Source of the DNA: Octopus sinensis
Taxonomy: Eukaryota
Reading direction: 5' to 3'
DNA length: 64,000 nucleotides
Assembly (NCBI RefSeq): GCF_006345805.1
Contig: NW_021833807.1
Span: forward strand, 1 to 64,000
A model generated the notes under the pieces. That model ran no database searches. It saw nothing but the letters and a program-made list of their open reading frames with translations, and was not told the DNA's origin. Shown one piece after another: positions 1 through 12,746 of the stretch. The position numbers were made by a program, and so were the translations under genes. The stretch's first letter is position 1, and each line of letters opens with the position of its first letter.

Positions 1-670
1 GATTTTCTTATTTCTTCCGTAATGGTGAAGATTTCACTTTCCAAAACGGACCGGTCACGAAAATCTGCGCAGTGCCGGAGTTTGTTCCTTAGACATTGTT
101 TTTTCCTTAGTAGGATTTCAACATTCATGTTGGCATGTGAGTTTTCCTATTGTTTGAGACGATTTTTGTAGAATATGTTTCCAGATAAGACTTTATGTAT
201 CCAATAAGGGAATTGCTAGACTTCTCGAGGTCCTCAGATGAAGAATTTTCGTCAAGTTTAGGAGCGAAATTGCTCAGATAAAGTGTAAAACATTTTCGGT
301 AGTGTTCCCAGTTTATAGTCGAGAGGTTATATCGTATAAAAGTTGGTTTACCCTTTAAAGGTCCAAGGTTGAGTTTGTATAAAATTGGTAGATGGTCACT
401 TCCAATATCATTTAAGGTGTACGGTTGTTCCATAAATTGAAGAGTAGACATAGAGACCAATGCTACGCCCAAATAGTCCCACCCTCCTGGTGAGTAATGA
501 TTTGGGGTTTTTGATGTGATGACCGAGAAACTGAGAGATTCTGAAAGCTTCTTAAGAATGATGCCATCCCTGTTGGTTCTCAGACAGCCAAAAGATGTGC
601 ATTTGGCATTTAGATCCCCGAGGAGTATTGACAAATGATTGTGTTTATCGGCAAAAAAGTCCTTGATCAA
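1..670 (-). mobile_element. Non-LTR retrotransposon APE endonuclease fragment
   Basis: ORF 125-670 has APE motifs ILLGDLNAK and IGSDHLPI, followed by linker-like sequence; truncated. Confidence 0.8.
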
Positions 671-1090
671 CCTATATATTAGGTTAATTAGAGTACAATT
701 TAATGATATACTAAAAGATGCTTTAAAACAAATAAATTAAAATAATATTTTTATACAACAAACCATTTTGACTGATAAGCACATTAAAACATATTTTAAA
801 AATGTGAATTGTGTGTGAAACGCTTTAAAGGCACATAATTGATAGTTTTATAATTAACTCTAACCAGTTTTTAGTTTTATTTAAAACATTTTTTGAAATG
901 TAAAAAGATAAAGGTTTAAAATCATCTGTAGATCTCTTATAAAAAACTCAAACTTTATCCAGTTTTTTAGTTTAAAATCATATATAGATCTGAAGTTTAA
1001 AACGAAAAATTAAATTTGTCCTTTTTTGATTCTTTTCATGTGAACAATCTTTGTATCTCCATTCGAAAATTCTACTTTAAATTTTTTCAA

Positions 1091-1226
1091 ACCCTAAACC
1101 CAACCAATTCCCTAACCTTCACCCAAACCCTAACCTTCACCCAAACCCTAACCTTCACCCAAACCCTAACCTTCACCCTAACCCTAAACTATACCCTAAC
1201 CCTAACCTATACCCTAACCATAACCA
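1091..1226. repeat. Interstitial telomere-like (CCCTAA) variant array with an 18-bp higher-order unit
   Basis: accctaaccttcacccaa repeated ~3-4 times, then ccctaaccctaa variants. Confidence 0.9.
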
Positions 1227-1382
1227 TGAGATAAAATAGCATGCTTAATTTATTGTTTTTTAATGATAATGGTTAAGCATTGAAAAAATAAAAATCCATA
1301 ATATTATTAATTTTTAAATTAATAAGTAAATATATTTCAATCATTTAAATATTTTAAATTGAAATTTTAAAAATTTAGAGCA

Positions 1383-1439
1383 ATGGTAACGAGCGGGGCA
1401 TGGTAACGAACAGGGCATGTGACATATATGTCACATGCC
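1383..1439. mobile_element. Ginger-like terminus (..TGTGACA) with duplicated subterminal motif, abutting a second TGTCACA end
   Basis: atggtaacga(N)gggc x2, then a perfect 26-bp palindrome ggcatgtgacatatatgtcacatgcc at 1414-1439. Confidence 0.6.
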
Positions 1440-1609
1440 TCAGGGATTACTATTTATCAAATTTTCTCTTATTTTTTTAAAAAAATTTTCTGAATAACCA
1501 TTTTTGCAATTTAAATAATATTTTATAGTTGAAACATTAACTTACAATATAGATTAAATATTTCTTTTTATATACAAATGACTGAATACATAAAATTATT
1601 TATATTCAA

Positions 1610-1790
1610 AAAAATCAGAAATTTTATGTTTTTTAATTAATTTTCTTAACGTTTCCCTAATTTTCATAATATTTTCGTGATCATTTATATCTGCATTTAC
1701 CTGAGAAGCATAAGTTTTAATAATCTCTAGAGCTCTGAAAGATTAACTTTCTTCTCATTTGATTCCTCTTCAATAATTGTTTCCAAAGAA
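1610..1790 (-). mobile_element. pogo/Tigger-like 3' remnant
   Basis: Reverse-complement match to 37200-37340, which follows a DDE_1 remnant (shared ttcagagctctagagattattaaaacttatgct). Confidence 0.55.
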
Positions 1791-1989
1791 TTTCAATAGA
1801 GTTTATCGTGACAATTATTTGATGAGATGGGTATCGATCTATTTAAAATAGAATTTTTCTTTTTTTCTTCGCAAGTTCACAATCAAAATCACTGAGCCAC
1901 TTGTTAAAAATTTCTATGCCTTATTGGAATGGGTGAGCTAACAATGTTTTTTTAAGCAGAAAAAGAGTTCTTCAAAATAGCTAATTAAG

Positions 1990-2300
1990 TGTCAGCAGTG
2001 GCTGCACCTCGGATTGCAAGACGAAGACAGGTCTCGAGTCGATTCATCATCCAAGAGGAGGCCAGCGGTGGACAGAGGGATGGCTTTCAACCAATCTCCA
2101 GAATGCGGGTGACAGGCTGCATTCAACGAGGCGAGTTTAACTTGATCGGCGCTTCCTTTAAGGGACTTTACCACTTCTTTGCAGCGGATGGAGTCCCAAC
2201 TCCTCTGCAAGTGATCCTCCACGGGGAAGGCAAGACCTGAGGCTGTCCAGGCAGCGAGGGCAGAAGAAAATTCAGCCAGTTCAAAACGTTCAGGGGAGCG
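1990..2300 (-). mobile_element. CRE-like retrotransposon fragment
   Basis: LQRSWDSI..HSGDWLKAIPLSTAGLLLDDE, homologous to the post-RT region of the CRE ORF at 22369-24372. Confidence 0.8.
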
Positions 2301-2324
2301 AAAAAGAACAGAACTGACAAAATT

Positions 2325-2900
2325 TCTTGGTAGCAATTACGATATCGTCAGCGTATGATAAAACGATTGAGTCTTTGTCGTTTGGTAGCGGGAGATCCGA
2401 TAAGAATAAGTTAAAAAGGGCTGGTGAAAGGGGTGAGCCTTGAGGGACTCCGTTTGGAAAATATCGTGACATCGATCTTGTTTTGTTGGATCCTGCCTCT
2501 TCGGCCGCTGAGGAAGTTAGCTAGCCAACATTTTCAGTCTTGGGTGAATTCCACTAAGGTATATTTTCCTGGTCAGTATTTTTCTGGGAACGGAGTCAAA
2601 AGCCTTATGGATATCCACTGAGCACATAACCGTTTTTTGGTTATACGGTTTGGTAGATAGTCCATCTGAGATGAAGTTCGTCAAAGTGACAAGGTGCGAG
2701 GTAGTTGATTTACCACATTTAAATCCATGTTGAAAGTCCAAATCCGGGAGATATTGTTTGATGTGGTTGAGTATAAGTTTTTCCAGAACTTTGGAAAGGA
2801 CGCAGAGGAGATATATTGGCCTTTAGACGCCGGGTTGTCTTTTGGTCTCCCTGGTTTCAGAATGGGGCGAATATGTGCCATTTTCCATAGGCCTTGATTT
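2325..2900 (-). mobile_element. APE-type LINE reverse transcriptase pseudogene fragment
   Basis: Frameshifted RT motifs PILKPG, FQHGFK..ST, VDIHKAFDSV, GVPQGSPLSPALFN, YADD. Confidence 0.9.
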
Positions 2901-3174
2901 AGTGCACACTTTGAAAAGGAATCGCCGATTTTTATATGCGTTTTTGGGAAATTTTTATTCGCGTTTTCTTTTACTTTTTTTGTTAATTTTAAAATGCTCG
3001 TACGTTTGATAATCTGATTCAATTTCAGTACTTTCAATAGGACAAATTCTTTGAATTTCATCCTCCGATGAATACTCAGTTCTTTCGAATGATGATTTGA
3101 TTTCTCTATTATCAAACAAAGAAACAGTATTGAATCCCGAAGTTCCAAAAAATAATCTAAAAATAAAATTAATA

Positions 3175-4600
3175 ACTGCTTGCTCTTTGGCGCCTTGACA
3201 TTGCTTCCTCGTCCCGAGCTGATTATCTGAGATTAAGCCAATTGCCTCGATGAAATCGGCCAGTTTGGCATTAACACATTTGGTGACAAGTTTATACAAA
3301 GTTGGCATACACGTTATAGGGCGTAAGTCCTTCGGGGTCTCACAATCACTTTTTTTAGGGATCAAGTAAGTTACGCCAGTGTAAAACCAGCTATCAGGCG
3401 TGTACTCTCCATAAATTATTCGGACTATCTCTTTACACAGAAACCCATGCAAAGAATCCATCTTCTTAAAGAAAAAGTTATATGTTCCGTCACATCCGCA
3501 TGCCTTCCAGTCAGATGCGTATTTGAGCATATCCATAATAAAATCACTTGTGAATTGAGGTCGCATGGTTCCACCGCCAGTACACCTCACACCCATAAAA
3601 TCATAAACTACGGGGCCCATATTTTTCTTGCTCCAGACATTTTCCCAAAATGACAAGCACTCATTATCACCAAACCCATATAGGGTGGCTTCATTGCTTG
3701 AAGATAAATTTCGATAAAATCTTCTGCGGTTTAATTTAAAACACGCATTTTCTTTCCGGAAATCCTTCTTTGAGGAATGGATAGATATTTGTTTCTTTGT
3801 TATTCTAATTAGATCATTCAATAGAGTCTCAATTCTGGTTAGCTCCCCATTCTTAGACTTCTTATATCCGTAGCGGCAGAGAACATCCATTACCTTTCTT
3901 TTCTGCCTGAGGCAAGGTTAGTCTGGAGAAGCAACGAACTATGTCAATTTCATAAGCTAATTTAGAGATTCTTCTTTCCGTGTTTTCCAACCATGTGCTC
4001 TGTGATCTGGCTCTTGTAGTTAAGGCCAAATAAGCACACTTTGCAGCATATAGAACATCGGTAATTTGATTAATATCTTGGGGCAGATAATCTTTTGTAA
4101 TATGATAAATTGCAGAGTTTAATCCAGCCAGGATATCAGTTTTTACCATCCTTCGCTGCACCTTTGGAGTTGGCTTTCGAGAGTCTCTCTGAATAGACTG
4201 AACTTTCCCAATTTGGAATTTGAGTTCCTCTAGGCAATTTTTGAAACTGGAGATTTCTACGTCCACATCATTTTGCACTCTGAAAGAGTCGCATCTCCCT
4301 TGCAAATTGTTATTCCGTCTAGCCATGCTCTTTAGTTGGCATAAACTGGAGCACTTTGCCGAGTACTTCTCATTGAACTTCTCCAGGACAAGGTTCCAAC
4401 CACCTCTTGGCATCCTTCCAAGTCTTTGTTTCGCGGCAAGGGCAATCTAAGACACCCATTCGCCTTCAGAGACACCATTGCCATTTCGATGATCGCAGAA
4501 AGAGAATGCAAGTTAGTTTTGGCAGCATCACAAACAAGATCTTGTATTACAACATTAGCTCTTGTGGCATTATGAGGTCCCACAGGCGACGGTCCTGTCT
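3175..4600 (-). mobile_element. R4/Dong-like RLE non-LTR retrotransposon, 5' half with start of RT
   Basis: FKLNRRRFYRNL, KACGCDG, GVTYLIPKK..LRPITCMPTLYKL, NQLG..QGAKEQ; frameshifted and 3' truncated. Confidence 0.8.
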
Positions 4601-4689
4601 TTTTTAAACTATTTTAATTTTCAGGAAGTCCATAGGTTTCGTTTTCCTTAACTGCTTGGAAACGTACATGTACACACCACAACAACTAA

Positions 4690-5480
4690 ATTATTAATGA
4701 CGAGGTTTATAAACGAATTATTGCTCAGAACGACATTCAAACTATAAATATAGAATGGATGAAACAGCATTTGACCACTTATTATGGAATTAATAAACCG
4801 AAAGAATTATTATTTCACTGTCAAAAAGTCTATTATACGTGAAGTATGTTCCGAATGCACAGCATGTGCACAAAGCCAACTTTTATAAGCTCCAATTCCT
4901 ATAATTCACATTAAAGAGAAGTTTCCTCAAGAAAGATTTCAAATCCACTTGGTGGATTTAAGTCGATGGTCCAAGCCAATTATGTCTTTTCCAAATTTTG
5001 TTTTGCAAAAGCTATCGTTGCTAAAGTGGCAACTACTATTAGTTAAGCTTTAAGAATTATCTTTTATTGTTTTGACATCCTCAGACTTTAACATCTGACA
5101 ATAAGAAAGAGTTCAAAAATGAACTAGTAAATTCTTTATGCACAGAATTTATCATTTTAAAATAGTTTAGTTGTCCAAGGCATCTCCAGTCCCAGGGCCA
5201 AGTAGAACGTTGTAACCAAACGTTAACTCGTTGGTTACAAAATAAAGAATGGATTTCATGTTTGGACTTGGTAGTGTACAATTGAATTCTTCCACGAATA
5301 AAACTTCTTTTAATCTATTTCATGGAAGTAAAGGGCACAACACGTTTATGGTGAACAAAGACAATGCTTCATTTTATTATTTTTAGATAGAGATGAAAGT
5401 GAAAATGAAGACATGTTAGAATTAAATACAATGATGACGAGAAACATGAAGCAAATAAAAGTGTAAACAATATAATTTTT
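4690..5480 (+). mobile_element. Ginger-like integrase pseudogene
   Basis: C-x2-C zinc motif (CTACAQ), ERFQIHLVDL, RH(L)QSQGQVERCNQT; many stops. Confidence 0.75.
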
Positions 5481-5529
5481 ATGTTTAGATATCTATGAAA
5501 TCAATAATGAAAAATATTTCCATAGAATG

Positions 5530-5720
5530 CAGATAAACATATGATGGACTGGTCGCCAAATACCACAAGCAATACCTAAGACAGCTGGGTGTAGATAAGT
5601 CTCTACAGGCTTATATGCAGTCAACTGTTCTTAAGATAACTCTGGAGAGTATCTCGTTTGATGCTCGCCGATCCAATCCTTTCCTACATTTACTCAATGA
5701 GATGCGCTAGACTGCACTTT
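5530..5720 (+). mobile_element. R4-like element 3' fragment (RLE C-terminus)
   Basis: Nucleotide similarity to 20090-20230 (KYHKQYLRQLGVD..QAYMQSTVLK). Confidence 0.75.
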
Positions 5721-5738
5721 CTCGAAGATCTACAGTGC

Positions 5739-5930
5739 CATATGTCAATTAGCAATCAGAAGCACATCACACCGATTCAATTCTTCTCGAAAATTGTTCC
5801 CCGTCCGTTCCGCACTTGCGTTGGGTCCAGAGTCCAACATCGAGAAAATCTGAGAAAGACCTTCAGGATTGTTGGAATCACCTAATTAATTACTCCAATT
5901 AACTGTTGGTTATTCTTGGGTTAAATAAAA
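5739..5930. repeat. Unclassified ~190-bp dispersed repeat, copy 1
   Basis: Core gttccgcacttgcgttgggtccagag..ggattgttggaatcac shared with 35177-35368 and 59540-59713 (inverted). Confidence 0.9.
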
Positions 5931-6264
5931 ATAATCAAATCATGCATTTTCAAACAGTGTACTTCCTGTTATCTTCGATGGTCAACGGTGAGTGGGTAAA
6001 AACCATTAAAGTAAGCGTTCATTCTTTTGGAAAATTACTATGGAGCTCGTTTCTACATAAATTTTATAAAAATCTCCGGTGTGAGTAAGACACCTGCTTT
6101 ATATTGGAGTCCGAATAATTGATTTAGTTCAATTTATTTTTAAGGAGTATCATCCTAAAAATGATATTTGTGTGGCCTAATTTATCTGTCAGGTTCGGAG
6201 GACTAGATAATATCCTACCTGAACTAATAAAGTACGCGCCAATGAAGCTTGCTAGAACCACCCG

Positions 6265-6380
6265 GTAAGACTGAGTGATATTTTTCCACTATAGTCGCGA
6301 AATCTTCCTCGTTGGCGTTGAGGTTTATGATCTCACATTTTGAAGGGTTCAACTGTAATCCAATTTTGTTCAGACTTACA
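6265..6380 (-). mobile_element. CRE-like RT fragment
   Basis: Translates IGLQLNPSKCEIINLNANEEDFATIV, matching GLSLDPSKCELTNLN of the 28516 ORF. Confidence 0.7.
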
Positions 6381-7003
6381 GTCTGTAAATTATAGTTCAC
6401 TTACATAATTGTCTGGAAATACTACAATTATTTTCTTGACTATAATCAATTCCATAATTTTGTGTACAAGAATTATTGCAGATGCTTATTGATTATATTA
6501 TTAGTCAATTATTAAATTTCAATGTATTCTTTAAAAAAGTGATTTTAGCCAAAAACTCAAAAAATCAATTTACTAAACTACTAACTCAATTCGAGCAGAT
6601 GCAATATAATTACTCATATAATTAAAAATGACTTGTTATGATTGCCATGATTTTGAAAATGAACTTAAGTGATTAACCCAGTTGGTACTATTTACTCTCA
6701 AACAGCCCGATTGGAAGACGCCTGTTAAAAACTGTATTTTCAGTGGTTAGATAATCATACTTTGGTTTTAGCTTGGTATTGAGTGGTACTTAAAAGTAGG
6801 TTGGATGGTTTGCACTAGGAGTCGGAAATGACTTGTTTTTATTAATCTCAAATATATTTTATTGTATTTGCTAATCTGACTGTACTCCCCTGCGGCGTCG
6901 CTAAAAACCGTATCAAAGAGCGATTTTCAGCGTAGACACCGCTCTAACATTCCATTATATAATTAGCGTAGTTATCATTACTGTTTTTAGTTGCTGTCCC
7001 CGC

Positions 7004-8085
7004 ATGGAAGGTCAACTGAAATGTACCAAATGTAAAGAAGTAATTTATACAAAAAACCCACATTTGCGTCTTATGGACTCATTTTATCACACTAACTGTC
7101 TTCAGTGTTCTTTGTGTTCTCAAGTACTCACAGATCTTTGTTACGTGAGGGACGAGATTTACTGTTTTAACGACTATACAATGTTTTATTAAAATCTTAG
7201 TTTGTAGGAACTTTAAGTTTTGTCCGTTGTGTAACGTCCAAATTGAACTAAATACATTGGTGTATACCATCAAGTCACATATGTATCATGTTCAATGTCT
7301 CAAGTGTCGGTGTTGTAATAAAGAACTCAAAATTGGGGACTTCTTTTCCTATGCTGATAAATCCACACTTTACTGCATGGACTATTGTCACAAAAATATA
7401 TGTTTGGTAATCGAGTTATTTTTAGTAAAAACTGAAAACACTGCGGAATCAGAAAGAAAATCAAAGTCTTTTAAATATTGTTCGGAAGCGAATGGGAGTC
7501 CTGAAAAGCCTGAATCCATTAGTGGGGAAGTTCAAACCAAGCATGAAGCCAACAATAACCTAAAAAAGGCAAACAACGAGGACGGAGGACATCAATCAAA
7601 CCACACCAAATTGGGCTTCTTACAGAATTGTACGAAAGTGAAAAAAAGCCATCGCGTTATACATTGGAAGAAATGACCAAATTGACTAGACTACCAATTC
7701 GCGTCATCCAAGTCAGGATAGGGGTCTCTAGTGTTAGGTCTGGTTTCAAAACAGGAGGTCCAAGGAACGGAGAAACAACCCGAGCAACTCTAGCCTCCTA
7801 CCTTCCAATCCACCTCCCAGTAACACAGAATTTGGGGTCTTCAAACATCAGATTAATCAAAGGCCACAAATCCTCCAGAATAACACATCTGGAAATAATT
7901 TTTTTTCGTCATTTGTTACAGATGATCAACATTATGGGCATTATCGAAACGAATATTACCCAGAAAGTATGTTGAGGAAGCCAATAAATCCAATGCTGTT
8001 TTCTCCCTCAAGGCATTTCCAAACTCCTGATCAGACATTCCAGTACCCTCCCAATATGCATTTCTACAGAAATCTTAATTTTTAA
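7004..8085 (+). CDS. LHX1: LIM-homeobox transcription factor, Lhx1/5 class
   Basis: Two LIM domains; homeodomain KQRGRRTSIK..RVIQVWFQNRRSKERR after removing introns 7183-7207 (25 nt) and 7712-7737 (26 nt); one unexplained frame change near 7560. Confidence 0.85.
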
Positions 8086-8149
8086 CATTCTGCTAGTCTA
8101 ATAAATATAGTTGTTTAAAATGTTCAGATTGCACTTTTTCTAAGGTTTA

Positions 8150-9300
8150 GTTTTAGAATTGTCGACCGAAATGGTTCTCATTTCTCTCCTACTTTCCTAA
8201 ACATCCAAACAGTGATTTCGGGATACGCTTCTTCCAAAAAATCCAAAATACAAAATAATCTTCTTTCCAGAAGTTTTTTTTAGAGATTAAGGCATGATCT
8301 GCTAACGAATTCCAAGAGATTTTATTTGAGTTCCTCCGTGGTAATAACATAAGTTGCTTCCTCAACAATTATTTTATTGACTGTTTAATTAAGTACATAG
8401 ACAAGTCTGAAATCATAAGTGACAATCAAAAACTCATCAAAACGACTAATCTCGGCGTCTTTGGCTAGGCTCCAAAATCTGGAAATTTGGTGAATTTTTT
8501 GTATAAAAAACTAGAAATTGACAAAAAATAAAAAAAGAAATTTAATTTAACTAAAATTAGACACGTTTATTAATTTCTCTCTTGTTACTTTGATGTTTGC
8601 TCACTTTTTATAGCTAGATAAAAATATATGTTGTACCTTCAGCAGTGTTTATGGTAATCTCCAAGTTTCGACCATTCACTTCGCACTCCTCCAACGCGAT
8701 ACCCACACCAGACCGGGTGTCGACCGAATATGGCAATTTGAGTGGATAGAGTAACCGACTCCTCACCATTCTCCTCAGAAAAAGTTACTTTATCCTGCCT
8801 TAGACAGTCCTTCAGTCACAGAGACAGAACTCCGGTCCAAAGATATTGATAGTTACTGACATTCCACGATGAATAATTTGCTATCAATTCAGCAGTCGTC
8901 TTTTGGGAATCTCCTGCAAAGTCTACCCCTCCCTCTCCAAAGGCAGGGGAGACAGCTGTAGCCGTAAATACCTTAATTAATCGCGAATGTGAGTGCTAAG
9001 GGAAACGCATCTGCGAATCCAGCCAACAAAGCATCGCCAAATTGTTCAATTTTTAAGACCCCATCTGTGTCTATCAAATTAATTTTGAGGTGAATACATT
9101 TTTTGATCATTTGTTTCGTTTTTCTTGTTCTTCTAGAACAAATCCACGAAAAAAATTATTGTTGAGATAATGCTCTTTGCAGAAGGAGATTTTTTGTAAT
9201 CAAGCAAAGCATCATTTGTCAAGTCGTAAGTGAATGCAATATATGAAGTTTGCTCTGCCACTGAAACAGTAGGACGATTCGAGCCATTTACCTAATGAAA
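8150..9300 (-). CDS. Probable spliced host gene, unidentified
   Basis: Coding-like stretches (IEQFGDALLAGFADAFP; SRLLYPLKLPYSVDTRSGVGIALEECEV) separated by short AT-rich gaps; no family recognised. Confidence 0.35.
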
Positions 9301-9734
9301 GATTTCAACTCGATTTAATTGATCTTAAAGTTTGTTAGTTTTTCTTTTTTTTAACAGAACTAACCAATTTATTTTTTTGAATAAAAATGCAATATAACAA
9401 AAAGCGCATATAATTAATTCGCGGCTGACGACATAATCGAATAGGCATTGCCGCGAACAACGGCCAGTTATTATTGTAGAATAAAAATGATTGTCTTTAG
9501 GATACACATATTCAAAATTAAATGAATTGGGTCAAAAAAATACACGATTTCATTATAAAAGTTATAAAAACTATCAAAAATAGTGATCATTATAAAACAT
9601 GTCAAATTAAAAAAAGATAGGCGTTTAAGACTTATTTGCCCCACGGTATTCTATCATAACAAAAATTATGAAAAACAAACAGAACAGACCATTGTCAGAC
9701 TCTCCAATTTTGATTATGAGCCGGTTTTATTGTC

Positions 9735-10365
9735 TTTTTTTGATTGCATTTTGCAGCGGTTATTTCTGATTGGCATTGTCGGCATGTCTCCAAACAGATA
9801 ATGCGACAAACTCTTCCATACGCTACCCTGCCCCGCTGGAACAAGGGTGGGACCAAGCGACCCTACCCGTTAATCTGGGCGGACTGGGAATCCCTTCACC
9901 GAAAGATCTAGCTTGCTCCGCATATCTATCCTCTTTTGACTCCAGTCGACTGCTGATCAGGATAATTCTTCAACTTCAAACAGAATCATCTGAAATCACA
10001 GACATGAAGCATTCGCGGGGGATGATGCCTGAGCAGAAAGATCGTTAAAGGACCATCTGAGAGGATAAATATGAGAGGCTTCTGAACCAATCAAACCAAC
10101 ACAGACGTCTAGTGACTGGAAGATGCGAATCGAGTGGAGCTTGGATCAACGCACTCCCGTTGGTAGTGTCGGAACCCACCTTGACGACGATACTGTCTGC
10201 ATCGGAATCAGTACCAGACTTGGACTGGAGATTTGCCGGACTCACAAATGCCGGTGTGGCGTCACCGTCGATTGCTATGCCCTCTCTTGTAGAAGAAGTG
10301 CAGGACGATTCCCAAGACACAAGGCGATCAACGAAATTGTCAAGCGAGCCCTGGATCGCAGTTTA
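9735..10365 (+). mobile_element. CRE-like retrotransposon fragment
   Basis: WDQATLPVNLGGLGIPSP; CRTHKCRCG zinc knuckle; SCRRSAGRFPRH. Confidence 0.85.
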
Positions 10366-10636
10366 TAAAATTTTCTCACAAAACCGTTTCATATTCATAC
10401 CAATGATACGTAATTACCTTTGCATTGTGGATTATTCTCAGTTCACTAGCAAGCATGTCGTACGTATGGCGCTTTTCTACCTCAATTTTCTTTAAAACGA
10501 TTTATCTCATTTTGTCGTGTCCGGCTTGTTATTCTCAACTTCTTATCTGTATTCATTGTCGTGAAAATACGAATCTCCACATAGTTATTCGCAGCCACTG
10601 ACTTAACAAAATAAGTTTAAAATTTCCTATATTACT

Positions 10637-11900
10637 TGTCACGCGCCATAAATGAAACGCGTGCCTAAAGTGAAACGCCGTGACCTTGAATTTAACCTTC
10701 AATTAAGCTCTTGACAATTATCAAGTCAATATTAAAGATGATTGCGCACTTTGAGATAATATTATCGAAATGAGATTTGCCAACATTGTAAAGGATGATC
10801 AGGAGTATAAGAATATTCTTGATTTTTTAATAAATAATACAATACCAGAAGATTTTTCAAGACTAAAAAGATTTCGTTTTCTCAAAAAATGTAGAAATTT
10901 CGTAAATTCTGGAGGTACTATTAAATCTAATGATAGGTGTGCTATATTATAAACAATCTGATGGAAACAAAATATTGGTAATTGCCTCAAATGATTTCGA
11001 ATCCATGAAACTGCATTGTGAAAGGATTCATTCAATTTATCACTATGGATTTAATAAAATGGAAGAGTATTGCAAAAATAATTTTTGCATAATCAATCGA
11101 AACATAATTAGGGATGTAATATCATCATGCCACAAATGTCAGCGAAGTCAGCCCTTAAAGACAAAATATCCACTAGTCAACATAGTAGCCAAAGAACCTC
11201 GAGAACGGTTCATTCAATAGCTTATTTTTAGCTATCAAGTTGATTTAGTCGATCTTTCGTTTTATGCAGATATAAATGATTCCTATAAATATCTTATGAA
11301 TGTCATAGATATTTATTCAAAATTTTGCTTTGCTAAAAAAATAGAAAATAAAAAGAAGCAGTTACAGTTTCGGAATCATTGAAAACTATATTTCTTTCCT
11401 ATGGTCCACCAAAAATTCTGCAGTCTGACACGGAACAGAACTTTGTTAATTCAGAAATAACGTCATTATGTGAAGAATTTAAAATAATTCATAAAAGGGG
11501 ACGTCCAAGACATCCAGAATCACAGGGACAAGTGGAGCGTTGCAATCAAACCATTTGCAGATGGATTCAAAAAGAACTCACAGACAAACAGAAAAAATGG
11601 GTAGATGTGTTAGAAAAAATTGTATATCAGTACAATATTTCAATTCATTTTTCTATAAATATGTCACCATTTATGGCTTTTTTCCGAACAAGAGGATATA
11701 ACATTTCTTATTATAATGATGATGAATTAATTGAAGAACATGAAAATCAAACTATCATAAATGACAAATATCTTGAAAGAATGGAACGAAATTTTTCAAA
11801 AACATTGAAAGAAATTGCAATTGGAAATAATGTTTTGATGAAAAAAGATTTTGATACAAATCAAAGGACGAAGAAGCGAAAATTAGGCAAGAATTTCATT
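10637..11900 (+). mobile_element. Ginger-like DNA transposon, copy 1 (gypsy-like integrase, spliced)
   Basis: TGTCAC terminus at 10637; H-x4-H..CHKCQ; ER/YQVDLVDL joined by 24-nt intron 11208-11231; ILQSD; RPRHPESQGQVERCNQT. Confidence 0.8.
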
Positions 11901-12746
11901 TTAATCGGAGGTATTTCCCTATCTCATTTCAGGAACACTTTATTTTAATGAAATAAATGGTGAAAATAAGCAAGTAATTTGTTCGAATGATCACGAAACA
12001 ATGAAATATCATTGTGATCGGATTCATCTTGTTTTGGATTAAACAAGATGGAAGAATACTGCAGAAATAATTTTCTTCTTATAAAAAGATTCATAATCAG
12101 AGAAGTAACTTCTATGTGCCCAAAATGCAAACAAACTGATCCATTGATTAAAAATAAGTCTACAATTGTTCATATTGTAGCAAAATCACCACGAGAACGG
12201 TTTCTTTAATCATTTATTCTAGGTACCAGATTGATTTGGTTGATCTATCACTTTATTCTTCTTTAAATAATTCATATAAGTATCTAATGAATGTAATCGA
12301 CATTTATTCCAAATTCTGTTTTGCAAGAGCTATTCTCAATAAGGAAGCTGTTACAGTATCAGAGTCCCTAAGACGTATTTTTGAATCTTATGGCCCCCCA
12401 AAATAATCCAAACTGACAATGGAAAAGAATTTGTGAATTCGGAAATAGATTCCTTATGCCAACAATTTAACATAATCCATAAGAGAGGACGACCAAGGCA
12501 TCCCGAGTCTCAAGGCCAAGTAGAGCGTTGCAACCAAACTCTCTGCAGATGGCTTCAAAAGGAACTATTTGAAAAAGAAAAGATATGGACTGCTGCATTA
12601 AGCAATGTAGTATATAGATACAATATTTCTGTACATTCTGCAACTAAACTATCACCATTTATGTCATTTTTTAATACGCGAGGATATAATGTTTCCTACT
12701 TTGACAAGGAAGCAAGCTTAGAGGAAACTGAAACAGAAGACATTAC

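Noticed and set aside
1016-1234. ORF with TLTFTQ repeats
   Set aside because: Translation of the telomere-like array, not a gene.
4441-4530. HDV-like ribozyme at the R4 5' end (GGCGAATGGG matches HDV J4/2-P2)
   Set aside because: I could not build P3, P1 and P1.1 consistently by hand; an RNArobo/Infernal search would be needed to revive it.
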